Shown: piece after piece, positions 1 to 8,740 of the stretch
How the letters are laid out: the number at the start of each line of letters is the position of its first letter
Position numbering within the stretch: position 1 is the first letter of the stretch
IMG/VR virus record: IMGVR_UViG_3300020442_001876
Location: 1 to 31,832 of that record
Length of the DNA stretch: 31,832 bases
DNA from: a virus
Lineage: Duplodnaviria; Caudoviricetes
Strand: one strand, 5' to 3'
Program-made: the position numbers and the translations under genes
Notes under the pieces: generated by a model
What the model saw: the letters and a program-made list of their open reading frames with translations, nothing else
The model's database searches: none
What the model was told of the DNA's origin: nothing

Positions 1-852
1 ATGGATTGGTTCCCACAAGGTAACCAAAGTGTCTTTTGGCAAGCAATGCTTGACAATGACAATCACGATTTAAAAATCAATATCAAACCAGGTGGTCCAA
101 AAGTACATACCACTGCACAGGTTGCCGCAGGTTCAGTTGAATTTGGACTTCAAGCATCTGATTCAGTAATGGCCGCCAACGCCAAAGGTGCAGGTCTTGT
201 TGCAATTTTTGCCAACCTTGACCACGTGCCATATACACTTGTATTTCATCCTGACCAAGGGATTAAAACTGTTAAGGATCTTGAAGGTAGAAGATTTGCC
301 GTTAAGATGGGTGTAACATATTGGAAATGGGTAAAAGCAGAATACGGTGTAACTGCACAAGAATTCCCACTTAAAGGTGACTTAGGATTGTTTGCTAGGG
401 AAAAAGAAATGTTCCAACAGGGCTATTCACTTTTTCTTCCTGCTAGACTCGCCGCCAAAGGTGTGCCAACAGATCAAATTAAATTGGTAGACTTAGGCTA
501 CAGACCTTACAGTACTCTTTTCACAACACAAAAGATGATTGACGAGAACCCAGAACTTGTACAAGAAGTTGTGGATAGACTGCGAGCGGCATTTGTAAAG
601 TCACTAAACAATCCGGATCCAACTGCTGACCTTATTCTTTCAAAATCAAAGAAAGTAACTAGAGATATTCATATGAATGCTATTGAGCTTATGAAGGCTG
701 AATTTTTACCTAAAGACTACAGCAAACTAGGTTGTATGAAGTCAGAACGTTGGGACGAATTAGCAGGACAACTAAAACAAGTTGATATGGTTCCTGCAGA
801 CTTTGATCCTTCAGCGAGTTACAATTTATCTTTTATGGGCAACTGCGAATAA
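1..852 (+). CDS. ABC transporter substrate-binding protein, NMT1/THI5 (SsuA/TauA-like) family; 5' end with signal peptide probably lies outside the window
   Basis: Begins at the family's N-proximal DWxP motif (MDWFPQGNQ); GGP...VAAGSVEFG and PYSTLFTT...ENPELV segments; followed by ATPase and permease. Confidence 0.88.
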   Translation: MDWFPQGNQSVFWQAMLDNDNHDLKINIKPGGPKVHTTAQVAAGSVEFGLQASDSVMAANAKGAGLVAIFANLDHVPYTLVFHPDQGIKTVKDLEGRRFAVKMGVTYWKWVKAEYGVTAQEFPLKGDLGLFAREKEMFQQGYSLFLPARLAAKGVPTDQIKLVDLGYRPYSTLFTTQKMIDENPELVQEVVDRLRAAFVKSLNNPDPTADLILSKSKKVTRDIHMNAIELMKAEFLPKDYSKLGCMKSERWDELAGQLKQVDMVPADFDPSASYNLSFMGNCE

Positions 853-864
853 AAGGTAACTGCA

Positions 865-1569
865 ATGATAGGAATTTCCAAAGTTAGTAAACACTTTGAT
901 GAAGTTCAAGCATTAGCAGAAGTAAATTTAGATATTGCCACAGGCGAGTTCATTTCTATAGTTGGACCTTCAGGCTGTGGCAAATCTACACTACTAAGAA
1001 TAATTGCTGATCTAGTGCCAACTGATGGAAGTGTTACCAAACCCAAAAAGGGTGCATTTGTATTTCAAGACAGTGCATTGTTACCATGGCGTACCGTACA
1101 AGGCAATGTAGAATTGCTGATGGAACTGGAACACACAGATAACAAGAGAGCCAAAGCCGCAGTAGCTCTAAAACAGGTAGGCCTAAATGGTTTTGAACGT
1201 TCATACCCACATCAGTTATCAGGCGGTATGAAAATGAGATTAAGCCTTGCAAGAAGTTTAGTATTAGATCCCGAATATATTTTATTAGATGAACCATTAA
1301 GTGCAGTAGATGAATTAACAAGAGAAGTACTGCAAGAAGAATTATACGACATGTGGACAAGAGACAAGTTCACTGCAATACTAGTAACCCACAACATAGC
1401 TGAAGCAGTATATCTAAGCAACAGAGTTGTTGTGATGTCACCCCGACCTGGCAAAATTACAGACATTGTAGATATACCATTTAATAAAAGAACACCAGAC
1501 ATTAGAAGTAAACCACAATTTAGTAAAGTTGTAAATGATATAGCAGGAAAGTTAAGAACATGGAAATAA
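865..1569 (+). CDS. ABC transporter ATP-binding protein, NitT/TauT family
   Basis: Walker A GPSGCGKST, Q-loop VFQD, signature LSGGM, Walker B ILLDEP, H-loop VTH. Confidence 0.97.
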   Translation: MIGISKVSKHFDEVQALAEVNLDIATGEFISIVGPSGCGKSTLLRIIADLVPTDGSVTKPKKGAFVFQDSALLPWRTVQGNVELLMELEHTDNKRAKAAVALKQVGLNGFERSYPHQLSGGMKMRLSLARSLVLDPEYILLDEPLSAVDELTREVLQEELYDMWTRDKFTAILVTHNIAEAVYLSNRVVVMSPRPGKITDIVDIPFNKRTPDIRSKPQFSKVVNDIAGKLRTWK

Positions 1570-2333
1570 AAAAGATCATACCACCTGCATTGATATTAGC
1601 TTTGTTTTTAGGAGGTTGGCACATTGGTGCGTTGATATACGATATGGCTTTTATATTGCCTACTCCTTTTGCCGTTGCAAAACAATTTGTAGCCGACTTT
1701 GAAATAATTATGATAGGACTAGGACTTACATTTAGAGCCGCCTTCACAGGCTATGTAATTGCAATATTGATAGGCATAACTGTAGCTACAATAATGAGTC
1801 TTAACAAAATTTTAGAACGCAGTTTATATCCTTATGCAATACTATTACAAACTGTACCAGTGGTTGCTGTTGCACCATTGATTGTATTATGGTTTGGGTT
1901 TGAAATCAAAAGCATTATTATTATCAGTATTATTATTAGCTTATTTCCTATTATCAATAATACACTTTTAGGATTAAACAGTACAAACAAAACACTTGTT
2001 GAACTATTTAAATATCACAAAACTAACAGCATTACAAATTTTATAAAATTACGTTTCCCTGCCGCAATTCCTAACATTATTGCAGGACTTAAAATCAGTG
2101 CAGGACTTAGTGTAATTGGTGCTATTGTTGGAGAATTTATTATTGGCTCAGGCAGTGAAGATGGAGGCTTAGGAGTGCAGATTATATATGCACAAGCAGA
2201 ATTAGAAACAGCTCTAGTAATGGCTTTGATACTTACAGCCACAGGACTAGGCTTTGCATTTTTTATCACGGTACAAACTATTGGTTGGTACTTGATGCGT
2301 AAATGGCATGAATCAGAAATGAAAGGAAGTTAA
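1560..2333 (+). CDS. ABC transporter permease, NitT/TauT (SsuC/TauC-like)
   Basis: Multiple hydrophobic segments, ILPTP motif, KLRFPAAIPNIIAGLK...AIVGEF...GLG. Confidence 0.95.
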   Translation: MEIKKIIPPALILALFLGGWHIGALIYDMAFILPTPFAVAKQFVADFEIIMIGLGLTFRAAFTGYVIAILIGITVATIMSLNKILERSLYPYAILLQTVPVVAVAPLIVLWFGFEIKSIIIISIIISLFPIINNTLLGLNSTNKTLVELFKYHKTNSITNFIKLRFPAAIPNIIAGLKISAGLSVIGAIVGEFIIGSGSEDGGLGVQIIYAQAELETALVMALILTATGLGFAFFITVQTIGWYLMRKWHESEMKGS

Positions 2334-3227
2334 ATGGACAAAGTACCTGTAATAGATATCAGTAGAGATCCTAAAGTTGTACACGAAGAAATAGATGAAG
2401 CATGTAAAAAGTGGGGATTCATTGTTGTAAGCGGACATGGAATAAGCAAAGATCTTATTGATAGAATGTTTAGTATCAACAAAACATTTTTTGATCAGCC
2501 ATTAGAACATAAAGAACAGTTTCAAAATATGGAGCATGGTAGAGGTTATTACAAAGTAAGAGCAAAGGCACTTGCTAAAACATTAGGTATTGAAGATGCT
2601 CCACCTGATGAAAAAGAAACATTCAGCATGGGTCAGGAAGGCATTCCAGGAGATCCATATTACGAAACAGAAGGTGCAAAGGGTTTCTTCTATCCCAACA
2701 TCTGGCCCAATGCAGATATGAAAGCAGTCTATGAAGAGTACGATAAGATGTGTGTTGATCTATCACAACGTTTATTAGATCTAATGCATTGTCCTTTACG
2801 CAGTGACAAACCAATCAGTAATTTGATTGTGCATAACTATCCTAAACAAGATGTATCGCCTGAAGGTATAAGAGCAGGTATGCATACAGACTTTGGAAGT
2901 CTAACTTTGTTATTGACTGAAGACAAACCAGGTGGACTACAGGTAATGGGGTTAGATGATCAATGGCACGATGTAAAGCCGTTACCATACACTTTTATTG
3001 TAAACTTGGGAGACCTTATGCCACGTTGGAATCCTGAATGGCGTAGCACATTACATAGAGTTACTAATCCTCCAGTAGGTAGTGAGTCAAGACGCATGAG
3101 TATTGTATACTTTCATGCACCTAATTATGAAACAGAAGTAGACGGTACAACGTCAGGCGAACATTTAATGATGAAATTTGGTAAAAACAAAAACTTGGAG
3201 ATACAAAATGACAACAGTAGCTCGTAG
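2334..3227 (+). CDS. 2OG-Fe(II) oxygenase, isopenicillin N synthase/DIOX family
   Basis: VPVIDIS...ACKKWGF...GHGI N-terminus; HxD (HTDFGSLTLL), distal His (STLHRV), RxS (RMS). Confidence 0.93.
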   Translation: MDKVPVIDISRDPKVVHEEIDEACKKWGFIVVSGHGISKDLIDRMFSINKTFFDQPLEHKEQFQNMEHGRGYYKVRAKALAKTLGIEDAPPDEKETFSMGQEGIPGDPYYETEGAKGFFYPNIWPNADMKAVYEEYDKMCVDLSQRLLDLMHCPLRSDKPISNLIVHNYPKQDVSPEGIRAGMHTDFGSLTLLLTEDKPGGLQVMGLDDQWHDVKPLPYTFIVNLGDLMPRWNPEWRSTLHRVTNPPVGSESRRMSIVYFHAPNYETEVDGTTSGEHLMMKFGKNKNLEIQNDNSSS

Positions 3228-4221
3228 AAAACTAGGACTTACACATTACGATAATAGAACGGCAGGTGGTTACACATTGTTTGCACCACAAACAGGTGGC
3301 GGTAGAGTGCCACTGATTGATGATGGAGGTGAACTGGTGCATGAATGGAACATGCCAGTTCGACCAGGTCGTGATGCTGTGATATTACCAAATGGTAACT
3401 TAGGATACAATGGCAGTCATAATACCAGTGTTGATCTGTATCCACCTTGGGATATTTGGCATGGCGGACATTTTATGGAAGCAGATAGCAAAAGCAATAT
3501 TGTTTGGGAGTATGAAGATCCTTATGCTCATCACGATGCACAATGGTTAACCCATGGATTGCTTTATGTTGCCGCGGCTGATTACAAAGATGGTCGTTAC
3601 AGTGACGTGGTTAGAATAATTGATCGCCAGGGCAACGTGACATGGGAATGGTGTGCATGGAAAAAACTTAGCGAAAAGAATTGGCCTGTACATGAAGGTA
3701 TGCCAGACAACCATTGGCCCATGATTAATGGTGTGCATTTACATGACAATATTGTATACATGAGCTTGAGGAATACTTCAGGTATAATTGGTGTACACAT
3801 AGACAGCAAAGATATTGTTTGGCAAAAGAAATGGCCAGATGTAGCACAACAACATTGTCCTGTTGTAACTGATAAAGGAACATTAATTGCATTTTGCAAT
3901 GGTAATATTCGTCCGCCTAGTGTACATCATAGTAGAATAGTAGAATTTGATTTAGTGACTAAAGAAATGGTCTGGAGTTACGTGGACGACATGCCTCCAG
4001 CATTTTTCAGTCCCTATATGGGTAGTGTGCAAAGACTTTGGAACGGCAACACATTTATTTGTGAAAGTGCCTTTGGTAGACTTTTTGAAGTTACTGCACA
4101 AGGCGAAACAGTTTGGGAATATGTGATTCCTGACTTTGCCGAATACCCGGAACCGCTCAATAAATTTATAACTGGTAAACAAAATTCTTGTTTTAAAGCA
4201 CATAGATACAAAAATTATTGA
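3208..4221 (+). CDS. Arylsulfotransferase (ASST)-like beta-propeller protein, no signal peptide
   Basis: HHD, QQH, FxNG, SRIVE, GSVQRLWNGNTFICE...GRLFEVT..GETVWEY motifs; start at ATG 3208 behind GGAG. Confidence 0.8.
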   Translation: MTTVARRKLGLTHYDNRTAGGYTLFAPQTGGGRVPLIDDGGELVHEWNMPVRPGRDAVILPNGNLGYNGSHNTSVDLYPPWDIWHGGHFMEADSKSNIVWEYEDPYAHHDAQWLTHGLLYVAAADYKDGRYSDVVRIIDRQGNVTWEWCAWKKLSEKNWPVHEGMPDNHWPMINGVHLHDNIVYMSLRNTSGIIGVHIDSKDIVWQKKWPDVAQQHCPVVTDKGTLIAFCNGNIRPPSVHHSRIVEFDLVTKEMVWSYVDDMPPAFFSPYMGSVQRLWNGNTFICESAFGRLFEVTAQGETVWEYVIPDFAEYPEPLNKFITGKQNSCFKAHRYKNY

Positions 4222-4246
4222 CATGTGTGTAAATTTATTGTATACT
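4218..4246 (+). promoter_or_regulatory. Sigma70-type promoter upstream of prs
   Basis: TTGACA (4218-4223), 17 bp spacer, TATACT (4241-4246). Confidence 0.8.
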
Positions 4247-4277
4247 ATAATTAAATCTATAAAGAGGAAGGCTTACA

Positions 4278-5237
4278 TTGAGTATGAAAATTATTTCAGG
4301 TAACGCCAATAATAAATTGGCACAAGAAATTGCAGAACATTGTTTTGCAAATCTAGTCCCAGCGAACATTAGCACATTTGCTGATGGCGAGACTAGTGTA
4401 GAATTTTTAGAAAATGTTAGAGGGCAAGACGTTTTCATTGTTCAACCAACATGTACACCCGTAAATGATAGTTTAATGGAACTTATGGTGATGACTGATG
4501 CCGCCAGACGTTCTAGTGCAGATAGAATAACCGCAGTTATACCTTACTTTGGTTATGCTAGACAAGATCGTAAGAGTGCTAGTAGGACACCTATAACTGC
4601 AAAACTAGTAGCAAATTTAATTGTTACTGCTGGTGCAGATAGAATTCTTACAATGGATCTTCATGCTGGTCAGATACAGGGTTTCTTTGATATACCTGTG
4701 GATGATCTTACCAGCAGGGTGGTTTTCTCTAAAGACATTAAACGGACTATAGGTATTATTGATGATCCTGACGTTGAACAGGTAGGCACAGTATTTGTAT
4801 CGCCAGACGCAGGTGGTGTAGTCCGTGCAAGAAAGTTTGCAGATATGTTTCATGGAGACATTGCAATAGTAGATAAACGCAGACCAGAAGCAGGCAAGTC
4901 AGAAGTAATGAATCTAATAGGAGATGTAAAAGGCAAACATGCTATACTCGTAGATGATATAGTTGACTCTGGTGGTACACTTTGCAATGCGGCAAAAGCA
5001 ATTATGGATGCGGGTGCTTTAAGTGTCCGTGCTTATATTACACATGGAGTATTGACCGGAGAAGCATGTCAAAAGGTAGAAAAGAGTGTACTTGCAGAAT
5101 TAGTTGTGACAGATTCTATCCCTAATAGATGTCCTAAGGGTTGTAAAAAAACAAGACAGGTTTCTGTATCTGAATTGTTTGGCGAAGCAATAAGACGTGT
5201 TCACAATGAAGAGTCAGTAAGTAGTTTGTTTGTCTAA
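4278..5237 (+). CDS. prs: Ribose-phosphate pyrophosphokinase (PRPP synthetase)
   Basis: FADGE, PYFGYARQDRK, MDLHAGQIQGFF, VSPDAGG, VDDIVDSGGTL motifs; start TTG 4278 or ATG 4284. Confidence 0.97.
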   Translation: MSMKIISGNANNKLAQEIAEHCFANLVPANISTFADGETSVEFLENVRGQDVFIVQPTCTPVNDSLMELMVMTDAARRSSADRITAVIPYFGYARQDRKSASRTPITAKLVANLIVTAGADRILTMDLHAGQIQGFFDIPVDDLTSRVVFSKDIKRTIGIIDDPDVEQVGTVFVSPDAGGVVRARKFADMFHGDIAIVDKRRPEAGKSEVMNLIGDVKGKHAILVDDIVDSGGTLCNAAKAIMDAGALSVRAYITHGVLTGEACQKVEKSVLAELVVTDSIPNRCPKGCKKTRQVSVSELFGEAIRRVHNEESVSSLFV

Positions 5238-5405
5238 ATTTTTCTGTAAACACACAAATTGTTTATTAAAATGAGTAGGAAAAAATAATTTCCTTGCCTT
5301 TGCAGAGTATTCACATCTAGGTTTATGATTAAATGTTGCTACATGTTCTGTAGTAATTGATCCGTCATTCAAGGCTGTAACAAGTATCAGAATCCAATCT
5401 TTCAT
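5214..5405 (-). CDS. Small putative exported protein with two Cys
   Basis: Hydrophobic N-terminus, F-x5-C ... FVC pattern; start overlaps the lipase stop codon (TAATG coupling). Confidence 0.6.
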   Translation of the reverse strand: MKDWILILVTALNDGSITTEHVATFNHKPRCEYSAKARKLFFPTHFNKQFVCLQKNLDKQTTY

Positions 5406-6151
5406 TACATTGCTTCACTAATATTTGTGTGATATGCAATTATATCATGATCGCCTATTGAGTCAAACTTTCTCGCTTTGATTCCTGCCCACATACCTTT
5501 ACACCAGTCTTTAAATCCTGGTTTACCTATTTTATTATCGCTTGTAATATAATGCATAGTACCGTGATGTCTATACCCCATTATCCATAATGGTACTTTG
5601 GTAACTATATCATTATTATTTCTCCAGCGATGATGTGTTACGTCAAGGCTTTCAACATATTTTTTCCAACCTACTCTTGGAGAACCATATGTATAAAGTT
5701 CGACAGGATCATTTAGTTCATCATTAAATTTCGCTCTTGACGCCATTATTGTTGCCATTGCTCCGCCCAAGCTGTGTCCACAAAACCATAAGTTTTTCTT
5801 TAGGTTTGTCTTTCTGTTTATATCTTCACATACCATTGGCCAAAGTTCATCTACTTCTTCTTTGAATCCTTTATGTACTCTACTAATGGTTTCTGACATA
5901 ACAGGTATAGCTTTTAAGTCTGCACTAATATCATTCCAACAAGTAGGTTCTGTTCCTCTACATGCAATTACAAGATCCGTTTTATTCATAAATCTGTATG
6001 CTTGAGCACCTTCCCTATCGTAAAACTCAATTGTTGAAAAACCTAATTTTTTTGCTTGACTTTTAGCTTTGTCAATGTTATAGTAAGCGATCCTTGCTAA
6101 ATTAGCAAACAAAAGAGATCGATCTTTAAAGTTTAATGAAATTATGTCCAT
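5405..6151 (-). CDS. Class 3 lipase (alpha/beta hydrolase)
   Basis: RGT, VHKGF, GHSLGG nucleophile elbow, YGSPRVG, NDIVTKVP, DH; start moved to ATG 6151, which has GAGGAG upstream. Confidence 0.92.
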   Translation of the reverse strand: MDIISLNFKDRSLLFANLARIAYYNIDKAKSQAKKLGFSTIEFYDREGAQAYRFMNKTDLVIACRGTEPTCWNDISADLKAIPVMSETISRVHKGFKEEVDELWPMVCEDINRKTNLKKNLWFCGHSLGGAMATIMASRAKFNDELNDPVELYTYGSPRVGWKKYVESLDVTHHRWRNNNDIVTKVPLWIMGYRHHGTMHYITSDNKIGKPGFKDWCKGMWAGIKARKFDSIGDHDIIAYHTNISEAM

Positions 6152-6177
6152 TGCCCTGCTCCTCATTATTATAAACA

Positions 6178-6198
6178 TATTTATTATCACGCTAAATA
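6178..6198. promoter_or_regulatory. Back-to-back TAAATA late-promoter-like motifs (minus 6178-6183, plus 6193-6198)
   Basis: Both sit in the only divergent intergenic gap and resemble the T4 late promoter TATAAATA. Confidence 0.6.
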
Positions 6199-6217
6199 CA
6201 AATATAGGGTAGATGCC

Positions 6218-6472
6218 ATGAGAAAACAAACTAGAACAATACTACAAGAACTTAATTCATTAGCTTTAAACAAGCCGAACAGTGACTTATTGATTGAAAC
6301 AACTGCTGATAATATAATTAAAAGCAGTATAAACCTATTAAACCTAATAAATGAAACATATGACGCTCACACTGCTAATGAACTAGAACGCAGATTTTTA
6401 AATTCTATCAAGTCTGGGGATCCAAGAAAGTTCAAACGTGGTGTGCAAAAAATTATAGAGAGTAAAAAATGA
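6218..6472 (+). CDS. Hypothetical helical phage protein
   Basis: 84 aa ORF with ATGA overlap to the next gene. Confidence 0.75.
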   Translation: MRKQTRTILQELNSLALNKPNSDLLIETTADNIIKSSINLLNLINETYDAHTANELERRFLNSIKSGDPRKFKRGVQKIIESKK

Positions 6473-7230
6473 TACTTAAAGAAGGTGGTAATATATTTAA
6501 GGATCCTGAAACAAAGGAACCTTTAACACAAAGGATTAACAAAGAAGATGTTATTCCTACTTTACAATGGCTTGAAAAAATCACCAATCTACCTCATGAA
6601 GACTTTATGCTAGGCACCACTGGTAAAAAAGACACTAGTGGTGACCTAGATGTTGCAGTCAATCAAGAAGAAGTTACAAAAGATGATCTTGTGCAAAGAT
6701 TAGTAGCTTGGTGTAAACAAAATGGAAAAGATCCAAAGCAATGGATTAAGAAGTCTGGTATATCTGTACACTTCTTTACACCTATTAGAGGTGACGAAGC
6801 AAACGGATTTGTTCAAACAGACCTTATGTTTGGTGATCCTAACTGGATGAAATGGAGTTTACGTGGAGCAAGTGGTGATAGTCCTTATAAAGGACAACAT
6901 AGACAGATTTTAATGAGTAGCATAGCATCTGCACAGGGAATGAAATGGTCCGCCAATGTAGGATTAATGGATCGTGAGACAAATGAAATTATAAGTAAAA
7001 GTCCTGTAGAAATTGCAAAGAAACTGTTAGGACCAAATGCACAGCAAGATGACTTAGAATCAGTAGAAACTATTATAACTAGAGCAAAAACTTTACCTAA
7101 CTATGAAGAGCTGGTAGCTGATGCTAGAGAAACATTTAGTAGAATGAATTTAACATTACCTGAAAGCAGAAGCAAAGAAATAGAAAATGCTCTGAATTTA
7201 GATAGAATAAGAGAGTTAGCAGGATTATGA
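6469..7230 (+). CDS. Pol-beta-superfamily nucleotidyltransferase-like protein, probably virion-internal
   Basis: LGTTGKKDTSGDLDVAV matches hG[S/T]x(n)DhDh; third Asp in VQTDLM; N-terminal MILKE; C-terminal LDRIRELAGL. Confidence 0.7.
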   Translation: MILKEGGNIFKDPETKEPLTQRINKEDVIPTLQWLEKITNLPHEDFMLGTTGKKDTSGDLDVAVNQEEVTKDDLVQRLVAWCKQNGKDPKQWIKKSGISVHFFTPIRGDEANGFVQTDLMFGDPNWMKWSLRGASGDSPYKGQHRQILMSSIASAQGMKWSANVGLMDRETNEIISKSPVEIAKKLLGPNAQQDDLESVETIITRAKTLPNYEELVADARETFSRMNLTLPESRSKEIENALNLDRIRELAGL

Positions 7231-8354
7231 GATTCCACGAATTTAAATTAACAGAGTCAAAATTATTTGAAGCTGAAGCTCGTATTCAACATGCTGAAGA
7301 TGTTGTTTTCTGGGAAGGTTCTAAAGGTGCGGCTAGAGCTATAGAAAGTTTAAAGAAACTTGAGCAAGGAGGACATAATGATGTTACAATCAAATGGGAT
7401 GGATCTCCCGCAATCATTTTTGGACGCGATGTTGATGGAAAGTTCGTGTTTACCGACAAGAGTGGATTCGTCAAAAAAGGAGGAGTTGAGAGAGCAACCA
7501 GCGGCGCTGACCTTGAACAATTCTTACTTAACCGCGGTGGCGGAGCAAACAAGGATAACCCAGACCGCATAGCATTTGCCGGAAAGATGAAGCAGGCATT
7601 TAAATTATATGAACGTGCAACACCAAAAGATCATAGAGGATATTTCAAAGGAGACTTGTTATATTACACAACTCCGCCTTTAAAAAATAATACTTTTGTT
7701 TTTACACCTAATATTGTAACTTATACTGTAGATGTTGATAGTGACATTGGAAAACGTATACAACAAAGCCAATCTGGTATTGTTATACACAGACAGTTAG
7801 ACGAACAAGGAAATGAAAGTGCTATTACAATAGATCCTAATACATTTTTTGAAGGCAATGATGTGTTGGTATTTCCTCCAGTCACAGTCACAAAAGGTCC
7901 GCAAATTATAGATAAAGAAATACAAGAATTACAAGCCATAGTTTCTAAAAATGCATCTGCAATGGACAAGTTGTTAGATAAAAATACATTGGCTGGTCTT
8001 AAACTAAGTGACTTTAGTGATGTGCTTTACAAGTATGTTAATCAAACCAATATGAAAAGTGATTTTGTACAATGGTTAGGCACAAGTAATGTTAGTAAGG
8101 TAAAACAACAAAGAATCATAGAATACATCGGACAAAACAAAGCAGGATTTGACGCTTTGTGGCAAGTTGTATCTGGCATCCAAAAGGTTAAAAATGATAT
8201 AATCAACCAATTTGATAACCATGATGCTGATGTTAAGGCAAGTATAGGCGATAACCCAGGCGGAGAAGGATATGTGTTAGCTCACCCACAAGGTGATATA
8301 AAACTTGTAAATAGAAGTGGATTTACTGCCGCTAATAGAGCAGTACAAAGATAA
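7227..8354 (+). CDS. RNA-ligase-like covalent nucleotidyltransferase (DUF6267-like), probably virion-internal
   Basis: Motif I VTIKWDGS (KxDG), III YFKGDLLY, IV GEGYV, V IKLVNR; N-terminal MRFHEFKLTE. Confidence 0.7.
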   Translation: MRFHEFKLTESKLFEAEARIQHAEDVVFWEGSKGAARAIESLKKLEQGGHNDVTIKWDGSPAIIFGRDVDGKFVFTDKSGFVKKGGVERATSGADLEQFLLNRGGGANKDNPDRIAFAGKMKQAFKLYERATPKDHRGYFKGDLLYYTTPPLKNNTFVFTPNIVTYTVDVDSDIGKRIQQSQSGIVIHRQLDEQGNESAITIDPNTFFEGNDVLVFPPVTVTKGPQIIDKEIQELQAIVSKNASAMDKLLDKNTLAGLKLSDFSDVLYKYVNQTNMKSDFVQWLGTSNVSKVKQQRIIEYIGQNKAGFDALWQVVSGIQKVKNDIINQFDNHDADVKASIGDNPGGEGYVLAHPQGDIKLVNRSGFTAANRAVQR

Positions 8355-8364
8355 GGAAAAAACT

Positions 8365-8739
8365 ATGAAACTAAAAGACATAATGAAAGAAGGCGACTTT
8401 GACGATTTGGGTCTAAAAAATTATGGTAAAGAACTAGACCAAGACGACACAGGAGCAGGTTTTAAGAATGACTCAATGTTTGAACAGTTAGGTAAAATCC
8501 TTGATAGTGCTGGAAATCCAAATCCTATTAAGCATGTTATGACAGATGACGGTGAAAAAGTTGAAGTATCACCTCAACAAGCAAGAGTGCTTAGACAACT
8601 GTTAACTGCTGAAGGTGTAAAGCCTAACGTAAAGATGCAGTTTACAAAGGATATCCAAAACAGTCAAACACTACATGATTTCGTAGATGTAAAAGATTAC
8701 CACAAGATGGGTCAAATTTTCATGCAAAAGTATATGTAA
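8365..8739 (+). CDS. Hypothetical protein, candidate head-internal protein
   Basis: ATG 8365 behind AAGGA; starts MKLKDIMKE. Confidence 0.7.
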   Translation: MKLKDIMKEGDFDDLGLKNYGKELDQDDTGAGFKNDSMFEQLGKILDSAGNPNPIKHVMTDDGEKVEVSPQQARVLRQLLTAEGVKPNVKMQFTKDIQNSQTLHDFVDVKDYHKMGQIFMQKYM

Positions 8740-8740
8740 G

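Noticed and set aside
1-5237. Interpreting the left end as host chromosome flanking a prophage
   Set aside because: No integrase, att-like repeat or visible compositional break; gene packing and promoter style match the rest. Not fully excluded without read data
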